Assembly (NCBI GenBank): GCA_964533145.1 | Contig: CAZHLG010000002.1 | Span: forward strand, 1-46,805 | Direction: 5' to 3' | From: an uncultured Candidatus Saccharibacteria bacterium | GTDB lineage: Bacteria > Patescibacteriota > Minisyncoccia > Phycocordibacterales > UBA9973 | Length of the DNA: 46,805 nucleotides | In this document: positions 42,547-46,805 of the stretch, piece by piece | How positions within the stretch are numbered: the first letter of the stretch is position 1 | How the letters are laid out: the number at the start of each line of letters is the position of its first letter | Position numbers and translations under genes: made by a program | The notes under the pieces: generated by a model | Told to the model about the DNA's origin: nothing | Databases searched by the model: none | The model's input: only the letters and a program-made list of their open reading frames with translations

Positions 42547-42574
42547 ATACTAGCAAAAACACGGAGAATGTCAA
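42547..42574 (-). promoter_or_regulatory. Sigma70-type promoter directly upstream of rpsS
   Basis: Minus strand: TTGACA (42574-42569), 16 nt, TAGTAT (42552-42547), about 40 nt before the rpsS ATG. Confidence 0.6.
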
Positions 42575-42588
42575 ATATCGGCCGCGGC

Positions 42589-42621
42589 CCGGGCAGGGCG
42601 GGCTTCGCCCGCCCTGCCCGG
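42589..42621. other. Perfect 15-bp GC-rich hairpin
   Basis: CCGGGCAGGGCGGGC-TTC-GCCCGCCCTGCCCGG. It lies between the rpsS promoter and the promoter of the antisense ORF; there is no U-tract on either side. Confidence 0.6.
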
Positions 42622-42624
42622 ACA

Positions 42625-42652
42625 TTGCCAATACCCCACACTGTGGTAATGT
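42625..42652 (+). promoter_or_regulatory. Sigma70-type promoter for plus-strand ORF 42676..43182
   Basis: TTGCCA (42625-42630), 16 nt, TAATGT (42647-42652), 23 nt before the ATG. Confidence 0.5.
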
Positions 42653-42675
42653 GACTGCAAACAAAATTTAAAACT

Positions 42676-43182
42676 ATGAGCACAGTAACAGCGAAAGAAA
42701 CGTTTCTCCGGTTTGCAAAACCGCTCGACAATGCGATCAGCAGTATCGAAGAAAAAAATGCTATCGCAGAGTTCGGGATCGGAAATTACGCTGAAATGAC
42801 AGGAATATTCTTTGATGGACGCTACCAGAAAGTCTTTTTCTCAAAATCCGACACAGAAATCATCGAATCACTCTTCTGTCACATCAGTCACGCAATGAAA
42901 TTGCCCGGGACAGGAAGTAGTCCGCGCGAAAAAGTTATCCGGGAAATAAAAGAGAAGTACAAGAAAATTCTTAGCGCATACGACCTGGTTACGAACAATC
43001 TAAACAGATCTGTCCGAACAACGATGTGGAACCATCAGTACGAGATCTACCGCACAAGCCTCGAGCACGATCTTAAAGACCTCATGGCAAAATCAGATCT
43101 TGCGGACACGTACAAGAAAGCTGTGCAAGCGATCGTACGATACGAGGTCGGTTACTACGTAAACGATGTTGATGGAGACTAA
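42676..43182 (+). CDS. Hypothetical 168-aa protein encoded antisense to the S10 operon, lower G+C
   Basis: Clean ATG ORF with protein-like composition (MSTVTAKETFLRFAKPLDNAISSIEEKNAIAEFG...YEVGYYVNDVDGD); own promoter and terminator. Sampled lines are about 40-48% G+C. No family recognised. Confidence 0.65.
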   Translation: MSTVTAKETFLRFAKPLDNAISSIEEKNAIAEFGIGNYAEMTGIFFDGRYQKVFFSKSDTEIIESLFCHISHAMKLPGTGSSPREKVIREIKEKYKKILSAYDLVTNNLNRSVRTTMWNHQYEIYRTSLEHDLKDLMAKSDLADTYKKAVQAIVRYEVGYYVNDVDGD

Positions 43183-43185
43183 CTG

Positions 43186-43213
43186 AAAGCGCCGGAATGT
43201 TCCGGCGCTTTTT
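43186..43213 (+). terminator. Intrinsic terminator of ORF 42676..43182
   Basis: AAAGCGCCGGA-ATGT-TCCGGCGCTTT followed by TT, starting 4 nt after the stop. Confidence 0.75.
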
Positions 43214-43237
43214 GCTATACATACAGAGTCGAGCAAG

Positions 43238-43265
43238 GGAAAACCCGCCGTACGGCGGGTTTTCC
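43238..43265 (-). terminator. Intrinsic terminator immediately downstream of rplB
   Basis: Minus strand: GGAAAACCCGCC-GUAC-GGCGGGUUUUCC followed by CUU, 22 nt after the rplB stop. Confidence 0.65.
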
Positions 43266-43286
43266 TGGAAACATATCGGAAACGAA

Positions 43287-44132
43287 CTATCCCTTGCGCT
43301 TCTTGCCGGTCGAGCGGCGGGAAACGATGAGGTGGTTCGAGTACTTCTTTGGAGTGCGGGTCTTGCGTCCGCCGGTGACCTTGCCCCACATGGTCTTGGG
43401 GCGGCGGGTACCGCGGCCCTGGCGGCCTTCGCCGCCGCCGTACGGGTGGTCTACCGGGTTCATGGCAGTACCGCGGACCGTCGGGCGGATGCCCTTGTGG
43501 CGCGAGCGGCCGGCCTTACCCACGTTCACGAGGTGATGCTCCTCATTGGAGACCTCGCCGATCGTGGCCCAGCAGTTCTCGGAGACCTTGCGGACCTCGG
43601 AGGACGGGAGCTTGATGAGCGTGTATCCGTCGGCGTTCGCGATGACCTGGCCGAAGTTGCCCGCGGAGCGGACAAGCTTGGCGCCGCCATTCGGTTTGAG
43701 CTCGACGTTGTACACGAACATGCCGACCGGGACCTTGCGGAGCGGGAGGCGGTTCGGGGTGACGAGGTCTGCCGTCTCGGAGACGACAAACGTCGCGCCC
43801 GGACGGACCGACTTCGGCGTGAGCATGTAGCGCTTCTCACCGTCCTTGTAGGTCACGAGCGAGATAAACGACGTGCGGAACGGGTCGTACTCGACGGAGA
43901 CGACCTTGGCCGGGATGTCCTTCTTGTCGAACATGAAGTCCACATCGCGGTAGAGCTTCTTGTTGCCGCCGCCCTTGTGGCGCGTCGTGATGCGGCCCTG
44001 GCTATTGCGGCCCATATCGCGCTTGCCGCCCTTGGTGAGGGGCTTATGCGGTTCGGTATGGGTGATCACGCCGCGGTACGTGACGGTCGTCATGTTGCGG
44101 CGGGACGGGGTTGTCGGTGAATATTTCTTCAT
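43287..44132 (-). CDS. rplB: 50S ribosomal protein L2
   Basis: 281 aa; GGGNKKLYR...NPVDHPYGGGEGR. Confidence 0.95.
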   Translation of the reverse strand: MKKYSPTTPSRRNMTTVTYRGVITHTEPHKPLTKGGKRDMGRNSQGRITTRHKGGGNKKLYRDVDFMFDKKDIPAKVVSVEYDPFRTSFISLVTYKDGEKRYMLTPKSVRPGATFVVSETADLVTPNRLPLRKVPVGMFVYNVELKPNGGAKLVRSAGNFGQVIANADGYTLIKLPSSEVRKVSENCWATIGEVSNEEHHLVNVGKAGRSRHKGIRPTVRGTAMNPVDHPYGGGEGRQGRGTRRPKTMWGKVTGGRKTRTPKKYSNHLIVSRRSTGKKRKG

Positions 44133-44161
44133 ATGCTGAACGATTTCGCAATCCGGAGGGA

Positions 44162-44440
44162 TTACAGGACTTCGATCGTATCGCCCTTCTTAAGCTGCAC
44201 GTAGGCCTTCTTGCCGCCGCCCGCCGTGCCGATCTTGCCCTTGCGGGTGCGCGGCATGACGCGCTTGGTCGGGATGGTGACCGTGCGCACGGCCGTCGGA
44301 GTAACCTTGTACTGCGCTTTGACGGCCTTGATAATCTCGTTCTTGGTCGCGTTCTTCGGCACGTCGAACGTGTATGCGTTCTGGGCCGAGAGCGACGCTG
44401 CCTTTTCCGTGATGCGGGGATTCTTGAGGATGGTCGTCAT
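44162..44440 (-). CDS. rplW: 50S ribosomal protein L23
   Basis: 92 aa; ILKNPRITEKAASLSAQNAYTFDV. Confidence 0.95.
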   Translation of the reverse strand: MTTILKNPRITEKAASLSAQNAYTFDVPKNATKNEIIKAVKAQYKVTPTAVRTVTIPTKRVMPRTRKGKIGTAGGGKKAYVQLKKGDTIEVL

Positions 44441-44443
44441 ATG

Positions 44444-45127
44444 CTACTTCGCCTGTGCCTTAGAGTACGCGAGACGCTTCTCGAGCGCGGCGACGCTGGT
44501 CTCCGCATCGACGATGATCACGTACTGGTGATTGAGCACGTCGAGGGTGTTGAGGTCCTTTGCAAGACCGACCTCGACCTGCGGGACGTTGCGGAAGCTC
44601 TGGGCGAGCGCGCGGTCCACGGACGGGATGATGAGCATCGCCTTCGGCGTGCGTGCCTTGGCGAGCTTCTCAAAGCCCTTGATGGCGGCAAATGCCTGCA
44701 CCATGGCAGCGGCATCCGCGGTCTTAGGGGTCTTGAAAGAAAGCGCCTCGGTGTAGAGGATCTCGCCGGCTTTCTCCTTGGCGGAGAGCGCGGTAGCGAG
44801 GGCCTTCTGCGACATCTTCTTGTTCACCTTCTGCTTGTAGTTCTTCTCGGAGAGCGGTCCGTGCGCGACGCCGCCGCCGACCCAGATCGGGCTGCGGGAC
44901 GAACCGTGACGGGCGCGGCCTGTTCCCTTCTGCTTCCAGGGCTTCTTGCCGCCGCCGCTCACTTCTGCGCGGCCCTTGGTGTCGGCCGTGCCGGCGCGGG
45001 TGTTTGCGCGGATGGCCGTCAGGACCTGATGCACGAGGTCGCCGTTCCAGGAAAGGCCGAAGACGGACTCCGGAAGAGTCACTTCGCCGGCTTTCTTGCC
45101 TGATGCGTTGTATGTCGTGTTTTTCAT
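44444..45127 (-). CDS. rplD: 50S ribosomal protein L4
   Basis: 227 aa; RAEVSGGGKKPWKQKGTGRARHGSSRSPIWVGGG. Confidence 0.95.
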   Translation of the reverse strand: MKNTTYNASGKKAGEVTLPESVFGLSWNGDLVHQVLTAIRANTRAGTADTKGRAEVSGGGKKPWKQKGTGRARHGSSRSPIWVGGGVAHGPLSEKNYKQKVNKKMSQKALATALSAKEKAGEILYTEALSFKTPKTADAAAMVQAFAAIKGFEKLAKARTPKAMLIIPSVDRALAQSFRNVPQVEVGLAKDLNTLDVLNHQYVIIVDAETSVAALEKRLAYSKAQAK

Positions 45128-45131
45128 ATGC

Positions 45132-45749
45132 TTACTTCGCGACGATCTCGAGCGTGGTGCCGCGGCGACCAGGGACGGCTCCCGAGAGAAGAATAGTGTT
45201 GGTCTCCGCGTCGACCGCGAGGACCGTGAGGCCCGGGACGGTGATGCGGTCGCCGCCGGTGCGGCCCGCCATGCGCATGCCTTTCGGAACGCGGTTGCGG
45301 AGGCCGCCGCCGATCGAACCCGGAGCGCGCTCGGAGTGCTTCTGGCCGTGGGAGCGCGGGCCGCCGGCGAAGCCGTGGCGCTTGATCACGCTCTGGAAGC
45401 CTTTGGCTTTCGAGATGCCCGAGACGGTGACCTTGTCGCCTTCGGCGAACGAGCTCACGTTGAGGGCATCGCCGGCGTTCATTGCCGCAGCCTCTTCGGC
45501 TGTGACGCGGAACTCGCGGGTCTCCATGAAGGAGCCCTTGCCTGCGAAGTGGCCCTTCTGCGGCTTGGTAACGTTCTTTTCCTTGCGGATGCCGTATCCG
45601 AGCTGGACGGCGGTGTAGCCGTCCTTCTCGGCGGTCTTGACCTGCGTAACGACGACCGGATCGACGGAGACGATCGTGGCCGCGTGCATCTTGCCGTCTG
45701 CGGCAAAATACTCGGTCATGTTCTGTTTGGTGCCCAGGATGAATTTCAT
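45132..45749 (-). CDS. rplC: 50S ribosomal protein L3
   Basis: Internal ATG 45749: MKFILGTKQNMTEYF...FAGGPRSHGQKHSERAPGSIG. The ORF track's longer start at 45782 is also possible. Confidence 0.9.
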   Translation of the reverse strand: MKFILGTKQNMTEYFAADGKMHAATIVSVDPVVVTQVKTAEKDGYTAVQLGYGIRKEKNVTKPQKGHFAGKGSFMETREFRVTAEEAAAMNAGDALNVSSFAEGDKVTVSGISKAKGFQSVIKRHGFAGGPRSHGQKHSERAPGSIGGGLRNRVPKGMRMAGRTGGDRITVPGLTVLAVDAETNTILLSGAVPGRRGTTLEIVAK

Positions 45750-45804
45750 AGTGTCAGCGGAGCGGAACGGAGTTCCGTTCATAACTAAATCTTTCTAATG
45801 TTCC

Positions 45805-46152
45805 TTACATCATTTTCACGTCGACTTCGACTCCGGACGGGAGAGAAAGATTCGTGAGCGCCTCGATGGTCTTGGCGCCGGGATTCAGGATGTCGATCAC
45901 GCGCTTGTGCACGCGGATCTCGAACTGCTCGCGGGTGTTCTTGTAGATGAACGGCGAGCGGTTGACGGTGTACTTCTTGATCTCAGTCGGGAGCGGGGTC
46001 GGGCCGGCGATCACCGCGTCGTGGCGGAGCGCCGTGTCCATGATCTGCTTGACGGAGTTGTCGAGAATCTTGTTCTCGTAGGCGCGGACGCGGATGCGCA
46101 GGCGCACCGCCGCTTCGCCCTCGCCCTTCTTTGTTTTGGTAGCTGTAGCCAT
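45805..46152 (-). CDS. rpsJ: 30S ribosomal protein S10
   Basis: Internal ATG 46152: [31 protein letters not shown]...GPTPLPT... Confidence 0.95.
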   Translation of the reverse strand: MATATKTKKGEGEAAVRLRIRVRAYENKILDNSVKQIMDTALRHDAVIAGPTPLPTEIKKYTVNRSPFIYKNTREQFEIRVHKRVIDILNPGAKTIEALTNLSLPSGVEVDVKMM

Positions 46153-46181
46153 AAGTGGGTGCGGTATTCGCTTCTCGGTCG

Positions 46182-46208
46182 GGGGCGCGGGCCGAAGGCC
46201 CGCGCCCC
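46182..46208 (-). other. 12-bp GC hairpin between tuf and rpsJ (possible attenuator/terminator)
   Basis: GGGGCGCGGGCC-GAA-GGCCCGCGCCCC; no U-tract follows on the minus strand. Confidence 0.35.
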
Positions 46209-46232
46209 GCATCGAGAAACGAGTCCCCGCGA

Positions 46233-46805
46233 TTACGCGATGATCTTCGTCACGGCGCCGGCGCCGACAGTCTTGCCGCCTTCGCGGATAGCGAAGCGCA
46301 TGCCCTGCTCCATAGCGACCGGAGTGACGAGCTTAACCTTGAGCGAAACAGTGTCGCCCGGCATGACCATCTCCTTTCCTTCCGGAAGGGTGACATCGCC
46401 GGTCACGTCCGTCGTGCGGACGTAGAACTGCGGCTTGTAGCCGGTGAAGAACGGCGTGTGGCGGCCGCCCTCGTCCTTGCCGAGGATGTAGACCTCCGCT
46501 TCGAAGTCGGTGTGCGGCGTCACGGAACCCGTCTTCGCGATGACCTGGCCGCGATGGACGTCTTCCTTCTTGGTGCCGCGAAGGAGGATGCCGGCGTTGT
46601 CGCCCGCCTGTCCCTCCTGGAGCTGGCGGTTGAACATTTCGATGCCGGTGATGGTCGTCTTCGTGGTCGGCTTGATGCCAACGATTTCGACTTCCTCGCC
46701 TACCTTAACGACGCCGCGCTCGATGCGGCCCGTAACGACGGTGCTGCGGCCTTCATTCGAGAAGATGTACTCGATGGGCATACGCAACGGCTTGTCGGTC
46801 TCGCG
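46233..46805 (-). CDS. tuf: Elongation factor Tu, C-terminal ~190 aa (the 5' end lies beyond the window end)
   Basis: ...[34 protein letters not shown]...[24 protein letters not shown]...[20 protein letters not shown]. Confidence 0.95.
   Translation of the reverse strand, partial: RETDKPLRMPIEYIFSNEGRSTVVTGRIERGVVKVGEEVEIVGIKPTTKTTITGIEMFNRQLQEGQAGDNAGILLRGTKKEDVHRGQVIAKTGSVTPHTDFEAEVYILGKDEGGRHTPFFTGYKPQFYVRTTDVTGDVTLPEGKEMVMPGDTVSLKVKLVTPVAMEQGMRFAIREGGKTVGAGAVTKIIA

Overview
High-G+C bacterial chromosomal segment, about 60% G+C by eye. No rRNA genes, CRISPR arrays or transposases were seen. All family calls come from motifs read in the translations; no HMM or BLAST search was run.

Gene content. 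The right 16 kb is one minus-strand ribosomal-protein supercluster: tuf, the S10 operon, the spc operon, secY, adk, an archaeal-type UMP kinase and map. L30 is absent between S5 and L15, and S14 is the short zinc-ribbon type. Together with the compact housekeeping content and the DGR, this points to a Patescibacteria/CPR-like organism (inference). The rest of the window carries:
- the N-terminal 1327 aa of a secreted Tc-toxin/Rhs-like protein, running off the left edge;
- recG;
- a 1924-aa cell-surface protein (BNR propeller, Fn3 array, SGNH/SASA-like esterase, peptidoglycan-binding tail);
- tRNA-Ile with a UAU anticodon;
- ftsH;
- a DUF2975 / XRE-HTH / membrane-protein operon;
- smpB followed by ssrA (tmRNA);
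- infC-rpmI-rplT;
- a beta-CASP nuclease;
- ndk;
- a VirD4/TraD-like ATPase;
- a Fur-family regulator with a YibE/F membrane protein.

Most interesting locus (21.8-24.4 kb). This is a complete diversity-generating retroelement (DGR). A 111-bp TR/VR pair differs at 22 positions, and every one is a TR adenine. Its architecture is unusual in three ways:
- avd is inverted;
- the reverse transcriptase carries an in-frame TAG;
- the target is a small 219-aa protein whose variable region I do not recognise as a canonical C-type-lectin type.

Other notable points:
- The r-protein cluster is broken twice by lower-G+C insertions. One is an antisense ORF cassette between rplB and rpsS. The other is a three-gene block between rplE and rpsN.
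- A promoter / structured RNA / terminator unit lies upstream of a small membrane-protein gene.
- Twin palindromic operators lie at the fur-family divergent promoter.
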